A DNA stretch of 64,000 nt, from contig OZ024740.1 in the NCBI GenBank assembly GCA_964016885.1, positions 38,378,001-38,442,000 on the forward strand. The letters run 5' to 3'. How positions within the stretch are numbered: the first letter of the stretch is position 1; the number at the start of each line of letters is the position of its first letter. This stretch comes from Eledone cirrhosa (taxonomy: Eukaryota). The position numbers and the translations under genes were made by a program. This document shows positions 25,727 to 38,170 of this stretch, one piece after another. The notes below the pieces were generated by a model, which worked only from the letters and a program-made list of their open reading frames with translations, did not search any database and was not told the DNA's origin.

Positions 25727-26659
25727 CACGATCTATACGTGGATATTTTACGTCTTGATGTGGGAGCTAAGTATATGTTTTGTTTATTCCTTTAATTATT
25801 TGCATAGGTAAGTATATATTACCCGTATGTTTTGTGAAGGTATGTATACCTTCTCGTACGTATATTTGACTGTTATGGCGTATAATTTTTACATATTCTG
25901 GTATTTAGGGTTTAGCTATGTGTATACGGGAGTTTTGCGTCTGCGTGAGTATGCAGGTTCGTACGTATGGTGGGTGTGTGTATATGTGTACTTCTTGTTT
26001 TAGTTGACTTACGTCTCCGAACATTCGTGTATTTATTTGTAGGTATGTGTGTGCGCTTGTTATATACGTATTTATTTACTTATATACGTTTATATAATTA
26101 TTTATTTATTTATTTGTACACAAGCATACACACACACACATATTTATATGTGCGTGGTTTTGTATACCTATGGTAAGGTTTTGCGAATGCTTGTGTATGT
26201 ACGTATCTGTTTGCGTGTATGTATTTATTTGTTTCTATTACTTCTGTATTGTATTTATTTACTTTGTTCTTAACTCTGTAGCGGAGATTCATTTGGTCTC
26301 CTAGTTAGAATTTTAGTCTACAACTTCTGCTTTACCTTTTACGTGGTTTTGTCTTTGCGTGCTATTGTTCTCCACGCTCCACATATGACGTATTATCTTC
26401 GTTTTTTTCGTTCATCGCCAGAGAACGTCTCTATGCACCACCTAAGAGAACATTAGCCTACGACCTCTATTATACCATAAACGTCGTTCTGTCTTTGCGC
26501 GTAATCGTTTTTCACCGCTCCTATTAATGACGTATTATTCGTTTTTTCCCGTTCTTAGCCAGCGAACGTTTCCACGAACCAAAGTATCGTCTTCCTGTCT
26601 TCCTCCGGTTGCAACGTTTTTTGAAATATCCAGTTCTGCGTTTACAGATTGACTTTGTT

Positions 26660-26710
26660 AGTTTCAGAAGATCCCGTTAAGGGTGAAAGCAGCGATTCTT
26701 TGCTTAAACT
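26660..26710 (+). ncRNA. Hammerhead-like motif with a non-canonical CAGAAGA core in the Naiad pLTR (inverted copy at 23074-23124)
   Basis: AGTTT-CAGAAGA-T CCC gttaa GGG T-GAAA-GCA gcgattctt TGCT-T-AAACT. All three stems form, but core position 4 is A instead of U. Confidence 0.6.
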
Positions 26711-26726
26711 TTAATCTGTTATTTTA

Positions 26727-26802
<76 letters not shown>

Positions 26803-26972
26803 ATATCATATGGATATATATCATAGTGTAAAAATATAATCAAAATATACGTTCTAATACTATATTATAGTAACATAAGTAGATTCACTTTGGTATTTGG
26901 AAACGGAGATTCCATAAAAAAATCTATATCTTACATAAATTTGGAAGTTTCTTCAAATTTTAATTCTTCTAT

Positions 26973-27005
<33 letters not shown>

Positions 27006-27138
27006 ATGTATATATGTATATATATAAATATCTATCTATCCATATATATATAAAAATAACAAAATAAAATGCTGAGGTTACATATGTCGTTTAATCATTA
27101 TAATCTCTTCTGTACACAATACATATATATATATATAT

Positions 27139-28028
27139 ATATGAATAAAAATAGACCGAGAAACAAGAAGGTCCATCATCAGTAGCCTGCTGATTATCGT
27201 TGGTATTTCTTTGCATTAAAGACTAGATACCTAAAATCAGTGCGAGCGATAACTAAATTAAGTTATCGGGACAGAGGAAAACAGAGGAAAGGAAACAAAC
27301 CACATGGTAGTAATGCAACGTAAAGAGAGGAAAAGAGAGACAAGTCAATGAATCTTGTGGGCTTAAGTCCGGCAAATAAAATGACGAGAAGAAACAAACG
27401 CGTCCGAGAAAAGTGAGAGAGGAAAGAATTTCACGCAGGTCAGACGGGAGGAAGTGAGAGAGGTGGAGTAGCAGAGTGAATGAGTGAAAGTGTGAGGAAG
27501 GGGCCAGCCGAGAGTGAGTGACCAGCAGCGGGAGTGGAGGAAAGCAAGAGGTGAAGGAAAGAGAAGGGGGAGAGAGAAAGAGGATAGCAGTAAGGTGACA
27601 GAAAAAATACGAACCACAGCGAAGGGAAAAAATATATGTGAATGAAAAATGGCGTGCTGCGTTGTTGCGAATATGAACATATGACCGAGAAACAAGAATG
27701 TCCTTCATCAGTAGCCTGCTGATATATCATTGGTATTTCTTCGCATTAAAGACATTTTATTTGCCGGACTTAAGCCCACAAGATTCATTGACTTGTCTCT
27801 CTTTTCCTCTCTTTACGTTGCATTACTACCATGTGGTTTGTTTCCTTTCCTCTGTTTTCTTCTGTCCCGATAACTTAATTTAGTTATCGCTCGCACTGAT
27901 TTTAGGTATCTAGTCTTTAATGCAAAGAAATACCAACGATAATCAGCAGGCTACTGATGATGGACATTCTTGTTTCTCGGTCTATTTTTATTCATATGTT
28001 CATATTCGCAACAATGCAGCACGCCATT
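27139..28028. repeat. Composite fold-back element between (TA)n tracts (probable PLE pLTR derivative)
   Basis: 27139-27383 is the reverse complement of 27753-27997. 27683-27752 directly repeats 27154-27222. 27647-27683 is the reverse complement of 27992-28028. Confidence 0.85.
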
Positions 28029-28321
28029 ATATATATATATATATCAGGATAGATCAACTTTTAAACTAGTTAGATCATTATTCAACAGAGTACTAGGTAC
28101 TTCGGATAATAGATTGAGACTATATTAGAAAGAGTCAGGGCCTGTTGGCTGAGTTCTTGTGGTTTCAACAGCTAGTTCCAAATTGTTAACCAACAGGCTT
28201 ACAGTCAACTGGCCGTTTCATCAGGGGCATTGCTTGTCCATATAAGTGTATAACCTGTCCATCTAAGTGTAAATCTTTATAGGATGTTAAAGAAAAGTTT
28301 GACAATGAATTAATTATATAT

Positions 28322-28406
<85 letters not shown>

Positions 28407-28721
28407 TGTGAAAGTGCATGGATTAGTAGTTAGAGCATTGGATTTGTAATCGGGAGGTTGTGAGTTCAATTCTTGGACCGGGTGATTCAAGACACTTTAT
28501 TTTATGCTGTGCCAGTTTATTCAGCTGCAGAAATGAGTTGCGACATCACAGATGCCAAGCTGTATTGGCCATTGCCTTCCTTTGAACAACATCGGTGGCT
28601 TAGAGAGGGGAGGCTGGCAAGCACAGGTGACTGCTGGTCTTTAACAAATAACCTTGCCTAGAGGGGAACTTTCTAGGTGTAAATTTCATGGTCATTCGGA
28701 CCAAAGGGGGTCTTTACTTTT

Positions 28722-28755
<34 letters not shown>

Positions 28756-29823
28756 GGGAGTGGTTTTGTGTGTGGGTGTGTGGCTGCACAAGTGTGTGTA
28801 TGTGTGCATCCATATGTGTCTGTATGTTTCATTACTTATGTGGGGATGGGTGAGATGGAAGAATTGTCAAGAAGAGATAGAATGTATTTATCATCTTGAT
28901 TTATTGGGGTGTGTGTGTATGTATGTGAGTCAGCATGCAGTTTGCCATTTATATGGCTGGAGTGGTCAGAAAACATAGCCAGCTTAATGGCAGACATGGA
29001 GCCAGTGACTGACGCCACACCAATATGCTAGAGCTGCCTCATCAAAGAATAGCCCCATCACACATTGACAAATTTTATATATCTGTCAACAAAAGAACCT
29101 ATCTTTTAGTTATCTCAAAAGATCACAGACCAGCTGGTTGGTGTTATGATTGTTGTTGTTGTTTCAAGAGTGTGTTTTTAGTTAGAATTCTTTTTGTTCT
29201 ATCTGTTTCTAGTTTTTAAGCTAACATTTAATTTACCTTAAATTACGGGCAGATGTGTATATTTTTTTTAAAATTTAAATTTAGATAAGGTCTAGTAACT
29301 ATGGAGTTAAATGTGTGTGTGTGTGAAGAAGTTGTGGGTGTGAATGTGTGTGTATGGCACTTAATATGGTTGTGTGTATGTGAGTTTGCACTGACATACA
29401 AATGCACATGTGTGAGAGGGTGTTTGTCGGAAAGAGGTGGTGATAATATGTTTTGTGTTTGTTGTGAAAGAGTGGTAGTGTTGGTAATTATTATTTATTT
29501 GTTCTGAAATATAGTAGGCCTAAGGTTGTCATAGGTGCCTATGTATGGTAGAGTGTGCGTTTTTAGTTAGAGTTATTGTTGTAGTTGTTGCTGGTTGTTT
29601 TGCAAACACTTTAAAATATGTGTGTGTGTATATGTGTGACTTGGGTTGTATATTTAATCATAAACAAAATGTTCATGTAAATAAACATTTTTGTAGCCTT
29701 GCTATGAACTTTAGAAGCAGTGATTTATTCACCACCAGTCTTTAGCAACCAAGAGAGAGCACCTTAACAGCACTGTTTCTGGCTCTTTAATCATCATCAG
29801 AAAGGCTAACTCCATCACTACCT

Positions 29824-29869
<46 letters not shown>

Positions 29870-30544
29870 TATCATCATCATCATCACCGTTTTACGTCCG
29901 TTCTTCCACATTAGCATGGGTTAGACGGGTTGTCCTGTTGTGGGCAGTGTCCAGTCGAATGACCCTGTCTTGCTCATACGGGAACTGATTCTGGCTTGAT
30001 TTCTACAGCTGGATGCCCTTCCTAACACCAACCTCATTTACAGTGAGTGCTGGGTGCTTTTTTACTGTGCTTTTTTGCCATGGCACCTCCACGACCACTT
30101 TGCAGTGGCAATATATATATCATCATCATTGTTTTAATGTCCATTTTCCATGCTAGCAAGGATTGGATGGGTCCATACAGACCAAGTCAGTACTGGAGGG
30201 GAACCACTGATCCCCCAGGCAGGTCAGGGATCTGTGTCTCATTTATGTATAGTCTTACATTCCATCAAGTGCTTAGGAGAAGTTGACATGTCTTTGACAC
30301 AACTGAGGGTCCTCCCAACCCTTTGTCTGGCAAGAGTTCCATGGCTGGATGCCCTTTCTATCACTAACCACTTTACAGCATGTACTGGGTGTGTTTATCA
30401 TGTAGATCACAAAAACTAGGGAGGCTGTCTTATCCATGATATGACTAAAGGGACCTCCCGACCCTTGTTTGTTAGTTTGTTTGGCAAGCTCTCCATGGCT
30501 GGAAGCCCTTTCTACCACCAACCACTTAACGGGAAGGGGAAGCT

Positions 30545-30830
30545 GCTAGCAATATGTGTGTCTGTGTGGGGGATTTAGCCTCCACAGATCTTCTGCAGTC
30601 AAGGTCCATGTTTCACTGCCATGTAACATTGCAGTTCGCACACAGGCATCATATAGTCTATCATTCAATCTGAGAGAAAAGCATTTTGTTGTTAGCAGTG
30701 ATAATAGATCTATGAATTTCTTCCATCTTGTTATTATCCTAGCTATCACACAATCAGTGCATCTTTCCCCACTACTAATTTAATCACTTAGGTAGCAAAA
30801 GCTATCCACAACTTCTAGAGAGCTCCCCTG
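30545..30830 (-). mobile_element. RTE LINE fragment (older relative of the two large copies)
   Basis: ARIITRWKKFIDLLSLLTTKCFSLRLNDRLYDACVRTAMLHGSETWTL. 3'-UTR-like pieces and (CAT)n tails lie at 29870-30540. Confidence 0.85.
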
Positions 30831-32065
30831 GCAGCTATTTCATGAGTGTTCTTTGTGCTTATATATATATATATTTATAAAAGCACAGATAGAGAGAGAG
30901 AGATCAGGTTTACCATTTTTTAACTAGAAAGACCATTATTCAGCAAAAGTTTCAATACTTGGGATAGTAGAATGTAAATACAATCGAAAGTTGGTACCAC
31001 TGTCTGGAATTTGCTCTTGAAACGGTAAGAGTTCAGCCATCGGACCCTGACTCTCTAATGTATATATGTATATATATATATATATTGGGCTTTGTGAGTC
31101 CATATATGTATGCTTATATACACACATATGTGTGTGCATCTGTTTGACTATTCCTCTGTGTGTGAATGTGTATGTATGTACCTGTCAGTCTGCATGCATG
31201 GATATTTGACGATTCAAGTGAAACAACTCTTGCAAACAAAAAAGCACAATTACCCCCCTTCTTCCCCAAAGTTCAACTTTGAAGTCCTTGTTTTCTTTTT
31301 CTCACTGCTGAAATCAACATCTGGTTTTAGTGCAAGGTGGATGTAAGCCTATGTGCAGAACAGAACATTGCAGTATGTTTGTTTTGCAGTAAATCAGAAC
31401 AAAATGTGCATGAAACATCGTCTTTTGTAACTATTGCACAATATTTTTACTTTTATTTAAACTATACATCATTATTTTATATACATTTTCCATGCTGACA
31501 TAGGTTGGATGTGTTTGGCACTGTTTAAGATTAAATGGGGCAGTGAACCATGTTTTGCTCATAGGTTCAATTTTTGGCAGGGATTCTACTGCTGGATACC
31601 ATTCTTAATGCCAACTACTCTACAGCATGTACTGAGTGCATTTTGTCATGACAGCAGCACAACAATTTTACAAAGTGTAGTGGCTGTATTTTATCATGGG
31701 ACTAGCACTACCACTTTACACAGTGTACTGAGTGCATTTTATGATGGCCCCAGCACTAGGAAGGTTGTCATGTTCTCAATGTGCCTAGAAAGTTCTCTCT
31801 ACCCTATGCCATCTACCTTCAGAGTGCCAGCCACTTTCCACAGATTACCAAGCTCCTCTATTTTGGTATCTGCTATAGGGAATATGACATAATGAGGATT
31901 GGTGGCTAAGTTGTATTATAGAAGGGCTCATCTTGTACCTGTGCTAGCATGATCAAAGGTTGAGGTGAGAGGGATGGGGTAGTTAAAGAGGGAACAAGTA
32001 TTTACCTGATGATTACATTAACATTTAAATTATACATCTATATATATATATATATATACATAGAT

Positions 32066-32147
<82 letters not shown>

Positions 32148-32187
32148 GTTAGGATTGATAAGAAAAAATTGGTTTTAGATAACTTAC

Positions 32188-32388
32188 CAATATTGTTATT
32201 GGTGTAATTGTTTTCCACATCAACTTCCAAAAGAAACGGTCGAGACTACCTGTCATATCTGTTATGTGTCGCAATATTTTCTTTGGACCATAGAACCACA
32301 TCAGAATCAAACATTCAAAAAAACAAATAAATGGCAAGGACCAGCTTGGAAGGTAAACATCCATTGTTTGATCAGTGTAAATATCGGC
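32188..32388 (-). CDS. SLC6/NSS family transporter exon (TM10-TM11)
   Basis: Acceptor ttcctttacaag| and donor |gtaagt. 201 nt, phase 0/0. ADIYTDQTMDVYLPSWSLPFICFFECLILMWFYGPKKILRHITDMTGSLDRFFWKLMWKTITPITIL matches the family pattern GGIY.FQL.D.Y...FE...WFYG....I..M.G....WK..W...TP. Confidence 0.88.
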
Positions 32389-33441
32389 CTTGTAAAGGAA
32401 ATAGAATAATATACAAGTAAAGATGAGGAAAGAGTAACAGAAGTAAATAATTATTTCTACTTTTGGCACAAGGCCAGCAATTACTCAGTACATTACTGGT
32501 ACTTCATTTTATCGACCCCGTAAGGATGAAAGGCAAAGTTAACCTTGGCGGGATTCGAACTCAGACTGTAAAGGGACGTAACTCTATGCTAGAAAGCATG
32601 GCACCCAACCCTCTACCGATACTGCCAATCCATAATATAATGTTTTCTGATTTAGACACAAGACCAACAATTTGGGGGATAGGGGAAAGTCAATTAAAAT
32701 TACCTCGTGCCTCAAACTCAATATTTGAGATAACTTTGTTTATATTTTAATATATATTTAAAATGTGATGAGACCCTCCATGGGCTGTGAGGTCTTGGGG
32801 TACAGTTAACACAGCACATGTGTAAATCCCACACTGAAAACAATGTTAAGAATAATATTCTAAGAGCAACAGTAATTTTTATAAAAATCTTATCTTAGTA
32901 AAACAGAGGCAAATTTACTAAATTAGTAAAATATTAAACTAACAATTATTGAACACTTGTTTATTATCATGTTACCAGCAGCATTTCATTCTGTCTAATG
33001 GCAATATATGATCTTTCATCCTTACAGGGTCGATAAAATAAAGCACAAGTAATGCACTGGGGTAATTGCTGGCTTGTGCCAAAAGTAGAAACAACTATAT
33101 AATTCTAAGATTACAATTTATCAGGCAATTAATCTCATTTTTAGGAATGAAACTCATTTATTTACATCTATGTGTGTGTGTGTGACAGCTCACACCTATG
33201 CAGGTTTAGCTGGCCTCCTCCAAGGTATATCTCGGAGGTATCTTGGGTGATTTAATGATAGGGACCCCAGTCCTGTCATCTCATTTCTACAGCTGAGTAA
33301 AACTGGAGCAGTATGAAATAAAGTGTCTTGCTCAAGGAAACAACACATCACCCGGTCCGAGAATTGAACTCACAACCTTTCGATTGCAAGGCCAATGCTC
33401 TAACCACTAAGCCATGCACCTTCACATATTTACATCTATAC

Positions 33442-33699
33442 CAGAGGTTCTCAAACTTTTTGGGCCACCACCTCCCCTCAGCTCCCTCCAATCCTATTTC
33501 CAGATAGACCTTCCTACATGCAAATAGTATATAATAAATGATATATGCACTATGTATAAATAAATATTATATATTTTTTATTTTACTATATCTATATATA
33601 ATATGTATCATTTGATATTTAATATACTATTATATGATACCTACTGCCTCAACCCCCCCCCCCCCTGGGGGGTGGTAGTGCCCACTTTGAGAACCTCTG
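33442..33699. mobile_element. hAT-superfamily MITE
   Basis: TIRs CAGAGGTTCTCAAA / TTTGAGAACCTCTG; perfect 8-bp target-site duplication ATCTATAC at 33434-33441 and 33700-33707. Confidence 0.92.
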
Positions 33700-34067
33700 A
33701 TCTATACTATTGGTCAGTCAGTTTGATCTCTCATCTTCATTAAGTGTTTTATTCCTTGTTATCATAATCATATTCTTGGACAACAAATCATATGACACTA
33801 TGAAATGACATTTCCATTATTGATAGTGAATGGACCACATCAGAAACTTAGAAATATCAAAGAAACTTATAGCACATACTGATAATCCCATTAGTAGGGC
33901 CAGTGCTTGACCACAGCTCTATATAATTGCCGTAAATAAATGTAAAAATGTCATATTAATTATTAGTGTGTCAATGACCTTAGTGGATAAAAGCATAATT
34001 AAGCATAGTTCAGAACAGATGTTCTGAGTTTGAATCCAATCTGGTGATTGGAAGAGATCAAATAGAC

Positions 34068-34530
34068 AAGAAGAAGAAGAAGAAAAAGAAAAAGAAAAAG
34101 AAGAAAAAGAAAAAGAAAAAGAAGAAAAAGAAAAAGAAGAAAAAGAAAAAGAAGAAAAAGAAAAAGAAAAAAAAGAAAAAGAAGAAAAAAAAAAAAAAGA
34201 AAAAGAAAAAGAAGAAAAAGAAGAAGAAGAAAAAGAAAAAGAAGAAGAAGAAAAAAAAGAAAAAGAAAAGAAGAAGAAGAAGAGCTTCACCCACTTATTC
34301 CTGGGTGGGCCATGGGTCAGAGTCCTCAAACACTCCTTCCAGCGGGTCCTGTCAGAAGCAACTGTCTCCAATTGATTTGACTGTATTTGCAAGCAAGACC
34401 AGCTGAGCTCATGGATGTTATCCAATAATCTTTCTCAAGGACTACCCCTGGGTCTCCTGCTTGTTGGTTTAGCTCATAAAATCTATCCAGCAATTCTTTC
34501 CTGACATTCTAATCATTTGTCTATGTTGTC
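34068..34530 (-). mobile_element. RTE-type LINE 3' fragment with an expanded (TTC/TTTTTC)n tail
   Basis: Minus-strand RRPRG...LDNIHELSWSCLQIQSNQLETVASDRTRWKECL resembles RTE C-termini. Followed by a ~215-bp pure-purine (plus strand) tract at 34068-34283. Confidence 0.65.
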
Positions 34531-34734
34531 GGAGCTCTGTTATTTAACTAAAACATATTCATACCTCTGACATTCTGTGAACTAAGATCCCATTGAAAGA
34601 TCTCTGGTATAAAGGCTTTTTATGTTGTTGTTATAATTTTATTTAATTAGGTAATTGTATTTTGTGTGATGTATTTTATTGCTGAGTAGAGTTGAGCACA
34701 AATCAAACAGCAAGTTAACTAACATGCTGAGAGA

Positions 34735-34960
34735 CAGGAACCACTTCTTGTGATGGTGAAAAGACAGAAGCTTGCCTGGTACAGTCATGTATCCTGCTAT
34801 GATACCCTGTTGAAAACCATCCTTCAGGACACAATTGAGGTGGGGTAAAGGAGAAGCAGGCAAAGAAAATACTGGTCCAATATCAAAGACTGGGTAGGTT
34901 ACATCACCAAGATCCTTCAATACAGGACAGAGAACAGTGAACAGAGATCAGTGGCACTCC
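34735..34960 (+). mobile_element. RTE/BovB-like C-terminal fragment
   Basis: EPLLVMVKRQKLAWYSHV...LLKTILQDTIEVG*RRSRQRKYWSNIKDW. Confidence 0.7.
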
Positions 34961-35071
34961 AACGATTAGATGAACCAGTTGTGGGAGTTTTATTAATTGA
35001 GAGTTGTGAAAGGAAAAAAATCATATAATAGTATATTGATAATTTTCTGTATTTTAGCTAAAAATTCTTAC

Positions 35072-35319
35072 CTGAGAAAGTATGAAGAGGGAAAAAATAA
35101 AAGCTAATACACAAATGACAAACAACCAAAACATTTTGTAATAGTGTCTCTCGTGCATTGGCCATATCATCTCCAGTCCAGATACAACTAGTTGAATAAA
35201 TATTACGATGCTGTTTAAACTGATAATGGTCAACATAAGATAAAAAAGAGCTGACCATACTGGTGGAAATGGCATTAATGAGGTGATCTCAGGAAATATA
35301 ATGAAGGCCATGTCAAGGG
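35072..35319 (-). CDS. SLC6/NSS family transporter exon (EL4-TM8-TM9)
   Basis: Acceptor tatctttacag| at 35320 and donor CAG|gtaag at 35071. 248 nt, phase 1/0. LDMAFIIFPEITSLMPFPPVWSALFYLMLTIISLNSIVIFIQLVVSGLEMIWP...LFVICVLAFIFSLFILSQ matches GPGLAFI.YPEA...MP.SP.W..LFF.ML..LGLDSQF. Joins in frame to 32388. Confidence 0.9.
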
Positions 35320-35464
35320 CTGTAAAGATAAATATTAAGATTTAATTAGAGATGTAAATAAATCAAAGCAATGTAATTAGTATAAAACATATAAAGCTGA
35401 TATTTCAATTAATTATTATAAGTTAGCTATATGTTGAAGATTACAGAAAATCATATAAGATTTA

Positions 35465-35671
35465 CCATATACCCTGAAATATAAGCTGATACAGATATAA
35501 GCGGTCCCCAAAATTTTATGTCTGAGGAATGGGTAAAAATCCAAACCTTATTTAAATAGAATTTAAAGTTGGTGAAAATCATCAAACTATTGACCATGAA
35601 TATAAAGTGGCCCCCTTCTCCCATTGATTTTTTGGTCACATATTCCTTGGCTCATATTCGAGTATATATGG
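35465..35671. mobile_element. Tc2/pogo-like MITE (degenerate)
   Basis: TA|CCATATACCCTGAAATATAAGC ... GCTCATATTCGAGTATATATGG|TA imperfect TIRs. Confidence 0.6.
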
Positions 35672-37042
35672 TAATTAGGGAAATAAAAATAATAAAGATG
35701 TGTTCAGTATAAAACATATAAATTTGATATCAAATGTATAAATTAGTTATATGCTGAAGATAACAACAGAACAATAGTAAAATTGTAAAATTGGTTCAGT
35801 TGGCATAATTTGAAGTTCTATGTGAGAGCTTAGAATTAAATGTGAAGTTGTGTGGCCTAGTGGTTAGAGTGTTTGGTTTATGATCACATGGTTGTGGGTT
35901 TGATTTCTGGACTGATGTTTCATTCCACATTGGTTTTTATGATAGGCCTGGGACCTCTTTCATTAAAGCACAAAACTTCCTATAAGATATAAGCCCATAG
36001 GTGGCCAGCTAATCCTACATAGGTGTGAGTTGTAAATTTTGTTTCAATTTCAGTTTTCATAGGTTTATATGTATTAGTTCTGGCACTCTGTACTCTAAGT
36101 CCAAATCCCACTGAGACCCTCTTTGCTTGTCATCCTTTCATTGTTGATAAACAAAGTACCAGTCGAGAGCAGTATGTAGGTAGAATTGTTAGAGCATTAA
36201 ACAGGTTGTTTTGCAGTATCTGTTGTAACTGTGTGTGTTCAAATCCTGCCTCCTCTCACTGGAAAGTGGTGATATGATAGAATTTGCTCCTCCTATCATT
36301 GACATTTTATGGTCAAATCCTGCCTCCTCTCACTGGAAAGAGATATGATTGAACTGGGTCCCCCAATCATTTCTATGTTAGTGTAAGGTAAATATCATTT
36401 TGAATAATAGTTAGTCAACTATGAAAGATAAATATTTTCAGCTAGATAAACTGAGAGCTGTAGAGTAATAAGCACTGTCTATGAAATACAGTATAAATTC
36501 CACTAAATTTCACTTTTTAATAAATAGTCTAAGAACACTAATTAAATGGACGTCTTCATTTTGATAATTTTCGACCCTATGAATAGGTTTGTGGTCAAGC
36601 TTGTAACAGTGGAGAGTTCCAGCATTCTTGGCTACCAGACCACCTCCCTACTCACTAGAATTGGGATGGAGTTGGCTACCCACAGGAGTAGCCCTGCAAG
36701 TTGGACTGGCTATTCCAACACGTCACCCTTGTCACCCTCCAAGGCAACCTTTTCTCCATTCTGTCCACCAGGTCCATAAGGCAGCCCTACACACGGCAGC
36801 CCTACACACAGGTTCCCACACACACCAGAGAACACTCCATCTGGGTCCACATCACTGGGGTAGTGATGCTGAGTTGTACTCTTATTTGTGGGACACACTA
36901 CATTTTGTCACCCAATGAAATTGTTAGATAACATGAATAGAAATACGATTGTGAAAAGGTATGATTGAGGTTAACAAAAATATAAATTCTTACAACAAGT
37001 TATAATTTTTATAAAAAACTTATATGACATTCATTTTATATA

Positions 37043-37107
<65 letters not shown>

Positions 37108-37110
37108 ACA

Positions 37111-37385
37111 TATAAAGGAAAAAAGATGAAATCGAAAATGCAACTGGAGTCTTTTTAAGAATATTTATTTGTTTCCTTTACCGGTTTCAGTTCTTATGCT
37201 TTTCAAAAGTAGGATTGAGATGGAGGGTTTGTGGTTTTTCTTACATCGATGTGTGAAAAACCACAAACCCTCCATCTCAATTCTACTTTTGAAAAGCATA
37301 AGAACTGTGAAACCGGTAAAGGAAACAAATAAATATTCTTAAAAAGACTCCAGTTGCATTTTCGATTTCATCTTTTTTCCTTATA
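37111..37385. repeat. Near-perfect palindromic element with a hammerhead variant
   Basis: 37111-37239 is the reverse complement of 37256-37385; the spacer contains the palindrome ACATCGATGT. Follows (TA)n. Confidence 0.92.
37281..37324 (+). ncRNA. Minimal hammerhead with a U3-A8 covariant core
   Basis: TTCtaCTT-TTGAAAA-GCA taagaac TGT-GAAA-CCGGT-A-AAGGAA. Palindromic stem III ACCGGT, GUA site; core UUGAAAA replaces CUGANGA. Confidence 0.6.
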
Positions 37386-37442
37386 CTTTCACTTGTGTAG
37401 GACATCTCGTTTTTTTTTTGTTTTTTTAAAATCTCATTTTCT

Positions 37443-37521
<79 letters not shown>

Positions 37522-38170
37522 TTATGTTTGTATGTATGTATAATTTTTATAAAAAACTCATATGACATTCATTTTATATGATCGTGTGTGTATATATATA
37601 TATGTAATATATGTATGTATGTATGTATGTATGTAGGAGCTCTTAAGCGTCAATGGCCATCCAAAATCACCGGGAGAGATGACCCCTTAGCCTTTGTCAA
37701 GGCAGAATTCTAGGAGAAGGAAAACTCTGATATAACACCTGCAACCCTGATGGTATCCAATGATGTTGACTTGTTCTTCTTTTTGGTAAATATCATCTTG
37801 GTTAAGAGAGTGGGACTGGCTTTGTGCAGTGCCTTTGCTCACTATAAAAGCTTCACGGCACAGGCATGGCTTTATATTTGGAGATCTCTCTGCACTTGTC
37901 ATCACATGGTACCATGTGCCCAGCACTATGTGTCAATAATTGTCACAGGTGTAGTGTTTGTACCAGAGTTTTCAAGTAGCTGGCTGGACTAAAAAGTCAC
38001 ACTTGTTCAGCGCATCGGTAGGGGTTCTCCTACATGGATATAAAGTAGTGGCCGTACTCGAAAACGAGTTGGCAGCCACCATGTATGTATGTATGTATGT
38101 ATGTATGTATGTATGTATGTATGTATGTATGTATGTATTTATGTTTGTATGTTTATATTTATGTTTGTAT

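Noticed and set aside
27940-28020. CTGATGA motif as a hammerhead in the 27-28 kb fold-back
   Set aside because: I could not find a correctly placed GAAA and stem III.
33919-34425. Poly-Lys, poly-Phe and Ser/Phe ORFs
   Set aside because: Translations of a (GAA/GAAAAA)n tract.
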